From: Babesia bigemina
Taxonomy: Eukaryota
DNA: 64,000 nucleotides
NCBI RefSeq assembly: GCF_000981445.1
Contig: NC_027217.1
Location: forward strand, 1,860,001-1,924,000
Reading direction: 5' to 3'
Shown here: piece after piece, positions 24,409-35,959 of the stretch
Position numbering within the stretch: the first letter of the stretch is position 1
Layout of the letters: the number at the start of each line of letters is the position of its first letter
Translations under genes and position numbers: made by a program
Notes under the pieces: generated by a model
What the model was told of the DNA's origin: nothing
Seen by the model: the letters and a program-made list of their open reading frames with translations, nothing else
Database searches by the model: none

Positions 24409-27400
24409 ATGCTGGATTCCGAATCTGTGTTGGAGCTGCGCCGCCCCTCCGTTGCCGATGGCGGCGAATCGTCGGTCGGTTTGCCTGGGCTGTCGCGCTC
24501 GTCTGCTGCGGCGAGGCTGGAGATGGTTTCGCGTGACGCGGGCCACGCCCCTTCGCCCCATAGCGCGCATGCCTCCCCGACGTCGGAAATGAGCAGTCGG
24601 GAGCCAAAAATGTGCGCGTATGCTCTCTCGGATTCTCCTGATAAGGTGCGGACGGCGAAGTCGCAGCGCACACAAAGCACGGCGTATTCGGTAAGCGAGG
24701 CAGCCCCCGCCGCGAGGCCCGTCAAACGCAGCGTGTCAGTTGACGGCGAACCCGCTGGCGTGATGTCCGAGGATTCGACTCACACTGAGAGAGGCAAGAC
24801 GGATCGGGTGCATGTGCCAGGAGCGCCCCGTCGCGGCGTTGTTGACGTTATGACCGCTCCCACTGCGTCGACGATGCCTGGTATATTGCCAGCGCGGTAC
24901 GCCATGTCCAAGATGAGCACCGCTGCGTGCAGCTTGACGCCGGAGGAAGCCTTGAAGATGCTGTCGGAATGCGATCGCAGCACCTCACCCTCCTCCTCTT
25001 CCATTGGCGACAGCAGGAGTGCTAGTCAGGCTGACGGGGCACCTGCCAATACAGCGGTTGCGGCGAGTCACAGGCCCATTGAAGTGAAGCATGCGCCAAA
25101 CAGCGGTAAGGGGACTTTCGACGACGATTTGCTGAACTTTCTGCGGTCACAAACGATCCAGTCTCTGCAAGCATCGAGGGCGCACCCCTTCGATGATGTG
25201 GCCGGTCTAAACACACGTGTGGACCTTTCTCGTGTCGCGTCGGGGGCGGTGCCGCCACCCCGAAGAGAGCCGTTCATCCCAGACCACGATCGGTTGCGTA
25301 AAAATTCGCCACGCGTTCCATCACAATCGCAACCAAGTGTGTTCGCTGCCGGAGCCCGTTCCGCAGCGAAGCCCGTTCACTCCCCTCACGCGGTGCGTAG
25401 AGAACCCGATTATGCGTCACATTTCCAGGAAGATGACAGCGTTTTTTCGCAACTCCGCACCGTGTTCGCCAAGGTCAAATCGCAAGATTCCGATCTCCCG
25501 TCTGCCTGTGCGGAGCGCGCAGCAGATGGTTTGTCCGACGACGTACACGGCGTCTCGCCGCTCCTCGAGTGGTTCCCCGAGGAGCCCTCGCTCCCCATCT
25601 CACCGTCCGATCCGGCGGCGTGCGATGACAACCAGACCTCCCTTTTCAAGGATTGCCATGACGTCTCCGAGTACGACGAGTTCGGCGACCCGTTTTTCGT
25701 CGCCGAAATCCCCGACGGTAAGAACGATATCAACAATAGGATAAGGATGCTCCGCCGCGTGCATGAATCCCTATACACCACATCAGACATGGCCAGTCTC
25801 GGCACCATTGAGAAGTTCATGCTAGAGCTGATGCAGCCGGATAGCGACTTTGGCAAGCTGACTGCGTACGGCCGCTTGCTGGCTTTCATTAACCTGTCTG
25901 TGCTGCGGCGATTTATTTCGCAGCTCTCCGCACTCTATCGTCATCCCGAGATGGCCGTCGTTCGCCAGGTCATGCGCTGCAACGAAGAGGGCTCCATCAA
26001 GAAGGTGCTGAACATCTCCGAATCTGTTGCCAGCGGCCAGTTGACCGATAAGGCCGGCCTGGCTGCTATAGCCGACCTCATGTCACGGCTTGACCGCAAC
26101 GAATTCTACGGTTCCGACAGGGGCTCTGGTTACGGCAAGGCGTTTGACAGCTCCTCATCCAGTTACGTGTCTAGCAAGAGCGGCTCGGGTTCCAGTTCAA
26201 TAAGCATGCAAACAAGCCGCCAGCTGCTGGCCGTGCTTGACGACTTGTCGGGGTTGTACCTGCCCGGTGGCGAGCCTCACTTCCCGCGCTACGTCTGCGG
26301 AGGTGTGGACCGCAAGTGCGTTGACGTTTCGGATACGCTGAGCATCCCCTTCGACAAAGGCGACCGCCGCACCCTGCACGTCCAGTTCGAGCGTGTCAGT
26401 CCATCCTACAGGGGCTACTGGCCCGGGACGACGTTGATTCCACAGACCATCACTGAGGGTATGCGCATCCAGGTTTTGCCCACTAAGCAGCAAACGGTGA
26501 TGCATTGGATTCTGGGCAGGGTGACCTCGATTTCTTCGGGTGTGCTGATGGTGGCCGTCGATAACATGGCCCCCAAGGAGGTGGGACGCGGCTCGTCAGC
26601 TGACCGCATGTACATGCTGCGTAATTTCGTCCCTCCGAACGTGCCGACGTCTCGTCTAGAGAAGGCGCAGTGGCGGCTCCTCCCGCGGGCGTTCGATCCT
26701 GATCGCGACATCTACGTCGGCTCGTGTCTCAGCGTGTTCGACCCCGCCATCGGCGGCTACACCGACCGTGTGGTCGTCAACGTGCTCTTCGGCGACGATT
26801 ACGACTGCGGCATTGCGCCTGTGAAATCACCCGCCGATGACACCTTGTTCGGCAAACCGCCGTCTCCTGCGCCACCAAGCAGCCAGAGCAATGCCACTCA
26901 TGCCAAATCGTCCGCGGACGGTTCCGACCCTGCTACACTTACAACGCAGGCAGACTCCGAAGCATCAGCAAGGGGCGCCGGTGCCCCTACGGCCACCACG
27001 GCTGAGGACGATACCATTCCGCTTGATGGCGTCACTTCATTGCCAGGGTACGAGGGAGGAAACATCTCGGCCAATCTCCACGTTGCCCCTACCAGCCGTA
27101 TCAAAGTAGACCCTAATGGAAAGTCGAACCAAGCAGCAGTACACAATGCGGATAAATTTGAGTCAATATCGGCTACCACTTCCGATTTCCCAACGAATGC
27201 AAGCGAACCCACAAATTCAAAAAATGTTTCCAAGCCCAACCGCTGCGCAGTAGCAGTAGCAGCACCCGCACCTGCGGGCTCCATCCCAACATGCCACTGC
27301 AACGGCCACACGCTGCGCGTCTTTGAAGGCCGTGCTGCAACGAAGTTCATCCGAAGGCCGAAGCGCGTGGTCCTCAGCTCGCTGTATGACCGCCGCGATG

Positions 27401-29340
27401 TCGTCGTCAACGTTGAAGGGTTGCGGGCGTACAAGCTGAACTACGATCTGCAGTCGCACTTCGACAGCCAACCGGAGCATCTGGCTGGCTCCACCGGCAC
27501 GCAGGCCGCAGGCGCGCCTGCAGGCCAATTCCAGCACTGCGTCTGGGTGGTGCCGCGCAACCTGCCGTTCAGCGACGCCCCGAACGAGGCGGTGTCGGTG
27601 GGCAAGACCGGCAGCCAGTGGTTCTTCAAGCCGCAGCGCTGTCTGATGATGCTCCCGTACAGCAAGAGCATCGATGTGCTGCAGGAGGCGCCGCGGGTGG
27701 TGTCATTCCTGCACCCCGAGCTCAACTACATGGCGCTCTGCGCCGGCATTTGGAGCGTTAGGGGTGCAGGTCGGGGTGTCGGCGAGCTTAACCAAGCGCA
27801 AGCCGAATCGGGCCACTCGACGGAATCAACAACCGGCCGCAGCGAACCCATTTCTCTGACGCGCAGTCAGAAGGCTGCGACGCGCGAGCTCACGGCCAAC
27901 GACATCGTGAACGAGGCTTGCTCAGGAGTCGTGCGCTGCCACCTCTCGCTTCTGCGCCGTCTCTTCGGCTGCACTGCCGTCATAAGCCTGTGGATAGCCT
28001 TGGAGGGCGTGGATTTGGACAACGTGACCACTGGCAACCTGACGCTGTCCATCGTCATCCCCCCCAAGCCGGCGTGCGCTTCCTGCGGCGGCGCGGTGTA
28101 CGCCCGGGACGACATGATGAAGATACTCCCCCAGGACCCGCCGCTGATGTTGCCGCAAGCAGGCAAGGATAGCGCTGCAGCCAACGGTGGTGCTGCCGAA
28201 GCCGGAGCTAAAGTTGCCGCGCCGGGTAACGCGGCTGCCGAGACCGCGAAAGTGGGCGGGGAAGCGGCGACCCAAGCAGCTGCTGCGCCAAATGCTGCCC
28301 CCAACACAAATGTAGCATCCCAGAACCATGCAGGACCGACTGTGCCGAATGTCGCTGCAAAGGCGCCGGCAGCACCCGCTACTGAAACACAAGCAACGCC
28401 GGCCAGCGGTACGTCCACACGAGTGGCTGGTCGGCCGGTAATCACTGGGTCTGCTGTGCGACCTGACGTGGCTGGCCACGCGCGCGAAATGCCGATCTTC
28501 AACGACCTGGAGACCACCGAAGAAGTGATTCGGCGATTCCAGAGCCTGGCGACAGGCCGTTGGCGTCTGACACGCGACTGCATCGCGTCGTACACTGTCG
28601 ACGACGACGTGCTGCCAGCGCCGGTAAGGAACCAGCAAAATGCCTTAACAAGTCCCGCCTCACGCGTCTACGGCGGGAAGAGCGAATTCATCAACAAGCT
28701 GGCCCAGTTCCTGACGTCCGCCCGAAGGGCACGTGAAACGAAGATCGACGATAGCCTCTATCGAGGCGCTTACTCGACTGCTCGCGAGCACTTCAATCCG
28801 CGAAGCATAGAGTCGGTGTTGTTGCGCGGCTGGGGAACGTTCATCCTGGGTCAAAGCGCCAACCTCGCTGCGCACAAGGCGACGTCTGCCGGCCGCGGCG
28901 CGGCCTCCGGTTCGAAGAACGTCAACGCGGCGCGCGCTTCCGCCGCGGCAGCACATCAGCACCCGCGCCCAATGCCCGGAGTTACCGACCCCAAGGCCGT
29001 CGGCAAGTTGGACCCCGCAATGCGGCACCTTGCCGCCGCCGGCCGTGCGGAGGCGGGCGTTCCCGGCGCATCGAACACCGCGCAGCGGCGCAAGCCGCGC
29101 GAGGAGAAGCGACCGAGGCCTGCCAGAGGCGAGTCGCCACGTGAGGACCGACCCTCACCGGCCGACCCCCGGGAGCCCGCGGACCGTTCCAAGAAGCCGC
29201 GCCGGACCACCAAGCTGTCGCGCATGGCGGACAACGAGTACTGCGAGTTCAACGACAAGGAGATTAGGTACAAGTTGGTGTCGGTGGTCAAGTGGGACGA
29301 GGATCTGGAGCCTTCCGCAGTGGTGTCGGGGGCGCAGTAA
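24409..29340 (+). CDS. Large hypothetical protein (~1640 aa), low-complexity linkers, possible tandem Tudor/SH3-like barrels
   Basis: Uninterrupted 4.9-kb ORF, first ATG at 24409. 'EGMRIQVL..HWILGRVTSISSGVLMVAVD' and 'YVGSCLSVFD...TDRVVVNV' look Tudor-like; basic NLS-like C-terminus. Confidence 0.8.
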   Translation: MLDSESVLELRRPSVADGGESSVGLPGLSRSSAAARLEMVSRDAGHAPSPHSAHASPTSEMSSREPKMCAYALSDSPDKVRTAKSQRTQSTAYSVSEAAPAARPVKRSVSVDGEPAGVMSEDSTHTERGKTDRVHVPGAPRRGVVDVMTAPTASTMPGILPARYAMSKMSTAACSLTPEEALKMLSECDRSTSPSSSSIGDSRSASQADGAPANTAVAASHRPIEVKHAPNSGKGTFDDDLLNFLRSQTIQSLQASRAHPFDDVAGLNTRVDLSRVASGAVPPPRREPFIPDHDRLRKNSPRVPSQSQPSVFAAGARSAAKPVHSPHAVRREPDYASHFQEDDSVFSQLRTVFAKVKSQDSDLPSACAERAADGLSDDVHGVSPLLEWFPEEPSLPISPSDPAACDDNQTSLFKDCHDVSEYDEFGDPFFVAEIPDGKNDINNRIRMLRRVHESLYTTSDMASLGTIEKFMLELMQPDSDFGKLTAYGRLLAFINLSVLRRFISQLSALYRHPEMAVVRQVMRCNEEGSIKKVLNISESVASGQLTDKAGLAAIADLMSRLDRNEFYGSDRGSGYGKAFDSSSSSYVSSKSGSGSSSISMQTSRQLLAVLDDLSGLYLPGGEPHFPRYVCGGVDRKCVDVSDTLSIPFDKGDRRTLHVQFERVSPSYRGYWPGTTLIPQTITEGMRIQVLPTKQQTVMHWILGRVTSISSGVLMVAVDNMAPKEVGRGSSADRMYMLRNFVPPNVPTSRLEKAQWRLLPRAFDPDRDIYVGSCLSVFDPAIGGYTDRVVVNVLFGDDYDCGIAPVKSPADDTLFGKPPSPAPPSSQSNATHAKSSADGSDPATLTTQADSEASARGAGAPTATTAEDDTIPLDGVTSLPGYEGGNISANLHVAPTSRIKVDPNGKSNQAAVHNADKFESISATTSDFPTNASEPTNSKNVSKPNRCAVAVAAPAPAGSIPTCHCNGHTLRVFEGRAATKFIRRPKRVVLSSLYDRRDVVVNVEGLRAYKLNYDLQSHFDSQPEHLAGSTGTQAAGAPAGQFQHCVWVVPRNLPFSDAPNEAVSVGKTGSQWFFKPQRCLMMLPYSKSIDVLQEAPRVVSFLHPELNYMALCAGIWSVRGAGRGVGELNQAQAESGHSTESTTGRSEPISLTRSQKAATRELTANDIVNEACSGVVRCHLSLLRRLFGCTAVISLWIALEGVDLDNVTTGNLTLSIVIPPKPACASCGGAVYARDDMMKILPQDPPLMLPQAGKDSAAANGGAAEAGAKVAAPGNAAAETAKVGGEAATQAAAAPNAAPNTNVASQNHAGPTVPNVAAKAPAAPATETQATPASGTSTRVAGRPVITGSAVRPDVAGHAREMPIFNDLETTEEVIRRFQSLATGRWRLTRDCIASYTVDDDVLPAPVRNQQNALTSPASRVYGGKSEFINKLAQFLTSARRARETKIDDSLYRGAYSTAREHFNPRSIESVLLRGWGTFILGQSANLAAHKATSAGRGAASGSKNVNAARASAAAAHQHPRPMPGVTDPKAVGKLDPAMRHLAAAGRAEAGVPGASNTAQRRKPREEKRPRPARGESPREDRPSPADPREPADRSKKPRRTTKLSRMADNEYCEFNDKEIRYKLVSVVKWDEDLEPSAVVSGAQ

Positions 29341-29342
29341 CC

Positions 29343-30771
29343 CTAGAGTTCGAGCACCTCCTCCTCTGGGTGGTCGCCTGAACAGCGTATAAACTTAGTC
29401 ATTGGTTTCTCACCGTTTCCCGTGTTCACAGCCTCCTCCGCCGCCGGCGCCTTCTTGGGGGCCCTGGGCGGCCTCACCGACATCGTGGGCGCCTTGTTGA
29501 TGACCTTGAAGTCGCGGTTGGCTGCATCGGTGTGCGTCGCGCGAATGTGGACTCACGCTGCGATACGGTGGCGCACAGGCGCATGAACGGCTCCATGGCC
29601 TTGCCGAAGGGCGCGCCGACGTAGTTGCCCAGCAGGAAGCTGTCCTCGTGGGGGATGAGGCAGTGCATGCTGAAGCCTTCGCCGCGCGGCACGTCGTCGT
29701 CCTCATCGAAAGCCAGCTGCGCGCAATGCCGCCAATCACAATAGCCTCCACCCACCTCGAACCGGTTCGCGTTCACGATCAGCGTGCTGTAGCCGTAGAG
29801 GCGGTTGATGTCGATGATGCGGGAGAGGCCGGTGGTGTGGTCGTCGTTGAACACTCCGAACTTGCGATCATCGGTCACCAGCAGCAGCACGCGGTTGGCG
29901 CGGGCTGCGATGCGCGTGTTGAAGTTATCCGGCTGCGTCGCGTGCACGGCAATCGTCGGGACTTACGCTCTCAACGCGCCTGACGGTGTGGGCGGCGGTG
30001 TTCACCACAGTTTGCAAAAAGTACTGCGGGTCCCCAATCAGGTAGTCCGTTATCGCAAGAGCCTTCTTGCCGTGCGCCTGGACGAACATGACGGTGCTGG
30101 CGGGGTCGAGCTCGAAACGCTGGTAGCCGGTTTTACCCGACGGCAGCACGGCGCTGCAGTCCATGGCGAACTTGTTGATCCATGCGGGCACGGCCTTCAC
30201 AGCCATAGAGGCCACGCGGTGCTTCTCAGGGGACAGCTTGACGTTGCTGCAGTACACGAGCCTCGGCCCGCTTTGCAACATCGCCGCTGCATACATTGTG
30301 CCACTGCAAAAAGGGTCCCACCTTTGAGCTGGCTCACGTTGCGGACGTTCAGGTACTTGAAGCCCGGGAGTTTGGCTGCCGGTAGCATGCCGAAAATCTG
30401 AACGCGCTCGCTCGATGCCACGGCCAACCTACCTTGAGCGAACCGGCAATGAAGAGGGACAGGATGAGCGCACCTATGCACATTCAGGAGGATGCGGGCG
30501 AGCACCTACCGAATACGCAGGCCCAGCGTACGAAGCGCTTCGAGAACACCCTGTGCTGGCCGCGGCTCTTCTTATCGCGCTTGCCATGGGACACGCTCTC
30601 CTCGCTGTGGTCATCGTCTACAAACAGGCAGCGCAGCGGCTTAGCGATCGCACATAGCGTAGCACAGAGTTTGGCGCCATTGCAGTGGCCAGACGGCGTT
30701 GTTTTGGCGGCATCCTCCGTGGTACGGGTGTCCTTTTCCGGACGCTGATGCTCTGTTTGCTGCCGGGCCAT
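29343..30771 (-). CDS. Multi-exon hypothetical single-pass membrane protein
   Basis: Short GT-AG introns (~35 nt) join the fragments: MARQQTEH...RWACVFGALILSLFIAGSLKIFG (TM)...DCSAVLPSGKTGYQRFEL...EEEVLEL*. Confidence 0.75.
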
Positions 30772-30974
30772 TATCTCAACAGGATGAAACAATAGGGCTT
30801 TCAGGCAATCTTTGTACTGTACTTAGTAGTACGGTGTGGTTTTTTGTCGAATGTGTGAGACGCTTTCGTGTCTTTGAGTGATTGTCGGATCTGAGGCCAG
30901 CGTGATCAGTAGTGATTGGGGCGGCGCCGCGCGCCGAATCGAGCAGTCGACGGCCCCGTCAGAATGTGACTATA

Positions 30975-31457
30975 ATGCGCGCTCCACTGCCGACTGCGCC
31001 GCTCACACAGTCGCTCTTTTGCCTTGCCCGCAGGTGGGTCCGCCACTGGGCCAAGAAGCGTCACGTGCAAAGCACACACTACAGCATCGGGGACGCAGAT
31101 TCCGCGCTCTACAGGCAGGTAGTGCCGGGAGACATCCTGGCGAATCGCAGGAGGCTGCCCAATCGCAAGCTGAGGCCCAGGGAGTTCAGGCTGGCCGCCT
31201 GTGCAAACGGAGGCTTCCGTTTGCGAGCGCCTTACCCGCCGAACGTTAACGTAACTCTAGCTCCATACCCGCGCAATGTGGCTGGCGTGCAGTCGGACCG
31301 CCAGAAGATGGGCCACATCGAGTTCCCGCAGCAGTACAAGGGGGTAAAGTACGTTACCTTGAAGCGCCCAGTGCCGTATCCGCGCGGTTCGGGCGCATAC
31401 GGGTTTGACGTCAATCGCATTCTGATACGTAACAATCACCTGGGTGCGAAGCGGTAG
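30975..31457 (+). CDS. Divergent mitochondrial ribosomal protein bL27-like
   Basis: Basic presequence-like N-terminus. 'HWAKKR', 'QVVPGDILANRRR', 'YPPNVNV', 'GHIEF' and 'KYVTL' line up in order with bL27 motifs (AHKK, V.PG.II.RQR, HPG.NV, G.V.F, KYVSV). Confidence 0.55.
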   Translation: MRAPLPTAPLTQSLFCLARRWVRHWAKKRHVQSTHYSIGDADSALYRQVVPGDILANRRRLPNRKLRPREFRLAACANGGFRLRAPYPPNVNVTLAPYPRNVAGVQSDRQKMGHIEFPQQYKGVKYVTLKRPVPYPRGSGAYGFDVNRILIRNNHLGAKR

Positions 31458-31657
31458 TCTATGGTTATAGCTCAGGTGTTGCGAAGGTCTGGTTGCATGT
31501 AGACTGGAAAAAGCTGTTGCCTGCCGCGGATTCGGGTCTCATTTTGGCAATCTCGATGTATGATTCTCTGCGTGTAGTCATTATACGCAATTACCGTCAT
31601 AAACAGTCTTTGAATTTGAGATCGGCTGTGGTGGGAGTGAGATCGTGACCCCCCAAG

Positions 31658-33801
31658 ATGGCGGCGTTGAGGCTCAGAGCCCTGATGCCGTCGTTGCTCC
31701 AGCGCACCGGGCTACTGCGACCACTGGACGTCTGGAAACACGTGCATGAGAGCGCCACTAGTGTTTCCATGGAGGTTGCTGGCCACTTTGGGAGGGCAGC
31801 GCCGCCGTCGGCCGACTGGCGTGCCAGGGTGGTGCCAGAATCCGCATCCAGCACCGAAGATGGCAGCGCTCGCGCAACATCCGCGTTGTGCTACCAGGTA
31901 TCGGAAGGCAAAGCTGACATACAAGCCCTATTTCGTCGCGTGGAATTCATAGCCAGTGTAGGTTGCGGTGGTATCCTTGTCATGGCGTGCAGAACGTACG
32001 CAGCTTCAGCGTTAACGAAGTCATGTTGCTGTGCCACGTGCTGGCCAGTCATGCAGTCTCATACTCGACGTGGTTCCGCGTAAACTGTGCCGAGCTGACG
32101 GTGCTGACGACGACGTGCCACCGGCACCTGTTGGCAAATGTGGCCACGATGACCATCGAGCAACTGCACTGCTGCCTCGTTCTGTTCGAGGTCATGGCGG
32201 CGCGCTATCCGATTTTCAGGCTCGAATATGGGCGGTTCCAGCAGTTGGTGATGGGCAGGCTATGCGCGGCGTCGTCTGCTGATGCCTTCGCGAACGATGC
32301 ACTGAGCGTGCCGCCACCGAGGGACGATGGTTCATCCGAGGTTGCCGTCCGCAAGCTCAGCAGTAAGGTGCAACGCGTCTACCGTCGCGTATTCCCCTAT
32401 TTCGAGGCGGTGAACATTCGCCATGGCGCCAGCAGAGCTAACACTGCGCACCTTGTCGAGGCCGCGGCTTGCATTCAACGCCAACATGCGTCGTCCGCAT
32501 TCCAATGGGGGCCATTCAACGCCTTGTGCGCGAACATGAAGCAGCTGCTGCGTAACGCGGAACTGTTCTCACTCCAAAGCACCATGGATTTCGTGGCGCT
32601 GTTGCACCGGAACGCTTCCATGAGCAAGGACGCCGTGCGCTTGGATGCCGAGCAGGTCCACGTGCTTGCAAAAAAGCTGGCTGAGCTCAACGTGGACTCT
32701 TATATGGTGATTCCAAAGGAGGACGGTGAACTCCCGCTGCCAGAGCTTGTGGATCAGTGCGTCACCAAGTTGTTTGCGGTCTGCCTCGAGACCCCGCCCC
32801 TGATGTGCCTGACCGACTGCCTTTTGGCGCTGATAGAAAACGGGATGTTGAACGACCATTTGAAGTTGCTGCTGCTGCCATACGTTTCGAGCTGCATTTT
32901 GCATCACCGGAACCGCGTGGATGACCTGCTGTTATTGGTTCCACACCGCTGGTTGCAGCCCCCGCACTGGTTGCCGTTTTGGGTGGTCTACACGTCGGCG
33001 CTGCTGAGCTCTCCGAGGCATCAAAATGGTGCGAATATTAAGTTTTTGAGCCTAATGTGTGACGCAATATCCTCGTATCTGTCGGGGCTGTCAACGGGGA
33101 TATCAGGCAATCACGCAGGAACAGCCTCAGGTCAACCGGCCACGGGCCCGTGTTCTGCAATCGGCACTACGGACGAAGAGCCTTCGTCAGCAGCAGCGCC
33201 GCATTCTGATGCGTTAAACGGGGTATCGCAAGGATACCGTTGGCTGGGACAACTGGATGAAGTTAGCCTGCTGAACATCACCGACACCGAGGACCTCGAC
33301 TGCACGTCGTCGTTGCCAGCGTTGCTTGAAAAGCGGTTCGGAGTGCCGCCACACCAGGAAGGCGTACTGGGTGGGTTCGTGGCAAGCCTATCTGCACTGC
33401 AAGAAGTTGTTGGCACGGTCGTCCAGAGAGGATCTGGACCTGCGGACCAAACGTCTGCAACACCTTCCCACAAACAGGGTTCACGCAAGGACGACAACCC
33501 GGGCGTCAGCCTCCAATCATCGCAAAATGGAAATAAAAATGCAGAAAAACATTATGCCGGCCGGTTGATGCCAGATCGCAATGTCAAGGAAACCGATACT
33601 ATTTCGTTACACAGGGGTACGCAGCCCGGCGTGGCTTCCACGCAAGCGCAGATGGCGCTAGGCGGAGCTGACGATACACGTTTCGAGCCGAGCATAGCAT
33701 CTGATGAGTCGGCAGGCAGCCTGTACGAGCTGCGTCGTGCGCATGATATCCTGTGCCTGCGCATCAGCATCCTGCAGCGGCAGCTGGACAGTATAGTTTA
33801 A
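31658..33801 (+). CDS. Hypothetical protein, probably mitochondrion-targeted, helical-repeat-like; intron 31958-31992
   Basis: Presequence-like MAALRLRALMPSLLQR; a 35-nt intron joins two ORFs in frame; repeated amphipathic helical units such as 'NVRSFSVNEVMLLCHVLA' and 'NVATMTIEQLHCCLVLF'. Confidence 0.7.
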
Positions 33802-33838
33802 TGTCTCCCACGCCATTTGTCGGCGCGCTCGCGATCTC

Positions 33839-34477
33839 CTACGGCGCTAGCACATTTGAAGCAATTAGTTGCGGGACCTCGCTGGCGAGCCAGGGGGCGA
33901 GCTGCAGAGTTATGCACAGGTGGGTGCGCCGGGTCCACTTACCCCTAGGGCGAGGGCGTGGGCGATGCCGTACTTGGGGGAGTTGCGCTGCCACAGAGGC
34001 GCGAAGTGGGCATCCAGGCATATGCTGCCGCCACGGTACATCTTCGCGGTCTTGCCGTCGAGGTCTGGAAGCACGATATCCGGCGGTGCGTTGGGGTAGG
34101 CAGCAGGGATCTGCGCGTCATGTTGCAGGGGGCGAGGTCGCGTACGTTTATTTCCAGGCGGAAGCGATACGTCTTCATCTTGTGCACGTGCCAGCATTCG
34201 CCGAACCACCTGCGCCGCGTCACGATTCAGCCGCGTTTACCCACTTGGTGCCCTGGTCGTCGCAGTCGATTTGGAACCACTCGGTGTCGTTCGCCTTGTT
34301 CTCCTCGACGTAGTGTATCAGCGCCGCGAACTCCTCGTTCAGCCGGTTCTCCCAGGCGGCGGCGCCGTCCACGGGGCCGGCCTTGGTCACGCACAGCGGA
34401 ATCCCGTCCGTCGAGGGGGAGTGCGTTGACTCCGCCGCCGAGCGGACGCCCGCGCCAGCGCTCCCGTCGTCAGACAT
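33839..34477 (-). CDS. UFC1: Ufm1-conjugating enzyme UFC1 (4 exons)
   Basis: '[35 protein letters not shown]', 'GTKWFGECW', '[47 protein letters not shown]'; catalytic Cys retained. Confidence 0.97.
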
Positions 34478-34489
34478 GGGCTGTAAATA

Positions 34490-35849
34490 TTAATTGAGCA
34501 CGTTCTTCACGGTGGACGCTTTCAGCGCCGGGTAGATGTACGATAGTGCGTATTGCAGGCTCGCGACCGACCGGGCGCCCGTGAGGGTCACGTTCCCGCT
34601 GGTGAAAACATTCAATGTCACCACCTCCTCCCGCCCGTACACGGTGTCGGGGTCGCTGATGGTCGTGCTGGTGGACCAAACGCGCTTGCCGGCTCCGGTG
34701 TCCACGGTCTTCTGCAACTTCGCGGAGGAGTCCACCACCTGCGGCGTTAGCGCAGCGCCCTGGTGTATCTGCACGCGCTCGTGAGGCCTTAATAAAGTGT
34801 TACCTGGCGTTTGTTGGACGGCAGCGCCTCGCTGATGATCCTCCTGAGGTTGCCCTTGAGCTGTCGCTGCCGCGGTGCCGCCATGCCAGTGCTAGCAATG
34901 GGCGGCGCGGCCACCGGCGGATCTGCTCTCGGAGCCGCGGCGGGGGCGGCAGTCGGTTGCACGAACGCCGGCATCGACGAGCTTAACTCCGACGCGGCGT
35001 CGAACTCGTCGCTGTCACTGGAGTCGGGGGCGGCACTCACCGGGTACGCCGGCTCCGCAGCGGGCATGCGCTTGCCGAGCCCCTCCAGGATGACCGTGCG
35101 AATGTCGTAGTGGTTGTTCCACGGCTTCACTGGCACGCGCAGCCGCACACCGGAGAAACGGAACGGGTCGTAAATGCAGCCCTTCGCATGCTTCTCGAAC
35201 GCCTGCAGCACGATCGCCGACGGGAACCGATACACGGCCATCATGTTGGTGGGCGACAGCATCCGCACCACGGCCTTGCTGTTCACGCGCTGGCGGATGA
35301 CGCGGCAGAGCTTCCACAGCGCAACCGCGACGCTCAGCAGGCTCCTGCCGCCAGTGAACGAAACCCTGCCGTTCGTGAAGATGGAAATCTTGATCGAGCA
35401 GTGGTCCCCTGCAAGGAATGCGCCTGCCGCGGGCGGTACGTGCACCCACCTTGAATGATGCGCCTGGTCAGCAGGGCCGGGTCGTTGTGCGGGAACCTGC
35501 GGGCGAGCACCGCTTGGGTGTCGTATATGCGGTCAGCCTCCAAAACGGGTACGTGCTCGATCCCCGGGAACCCGCTGGAGTTGTCCGAGCGCGTGGACGC
35601 CTCGAGGCTGCTGCGGACGCGAACGTCCACCCTCACGCAGTTGAACTCCTGCGGGACGTACACCGCGTTCCCCAACGCCAGCGCCAGCTCCGGAAGGTTG
35701 AACCGCACCCCGAAATCGGAGTGCCCGGAGATGTTATAGATGACGATGGCATGGCGCTCGACGATGTCGAAGTACTCCACCGTGTTGAACTCGTCTCCGA
35801 CCAGCTGGAGGATGCTGGCCACCTCTTCCGCGTACGAGTCGTCCTCCAT
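34490..35849 (-). CDS. TATA-binding-protein-like factor with two large insertions; introns 35409-35449 and 34739-34803
   Basis: Two TBP repeats: 'YNISGH...YVPQEFNCVRV...ISIFTNGRVSFTGGRS' and 'TNMMAV...YDPFRFSGVRL...LNVFTSGNVTLTGARS...IYPAL'. Confidence 0.9.
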
Positions 35850-35959
35850 CACTGCATTTCCACTGGCCGACGTTGCCGCGGCGTGTCTGTGCGGCAGCCG
35901 GCGCCGATTCAAAGTGACTGTCGCCACGGGCCGCCGTCACACACCTGGTGCCGCGACGA

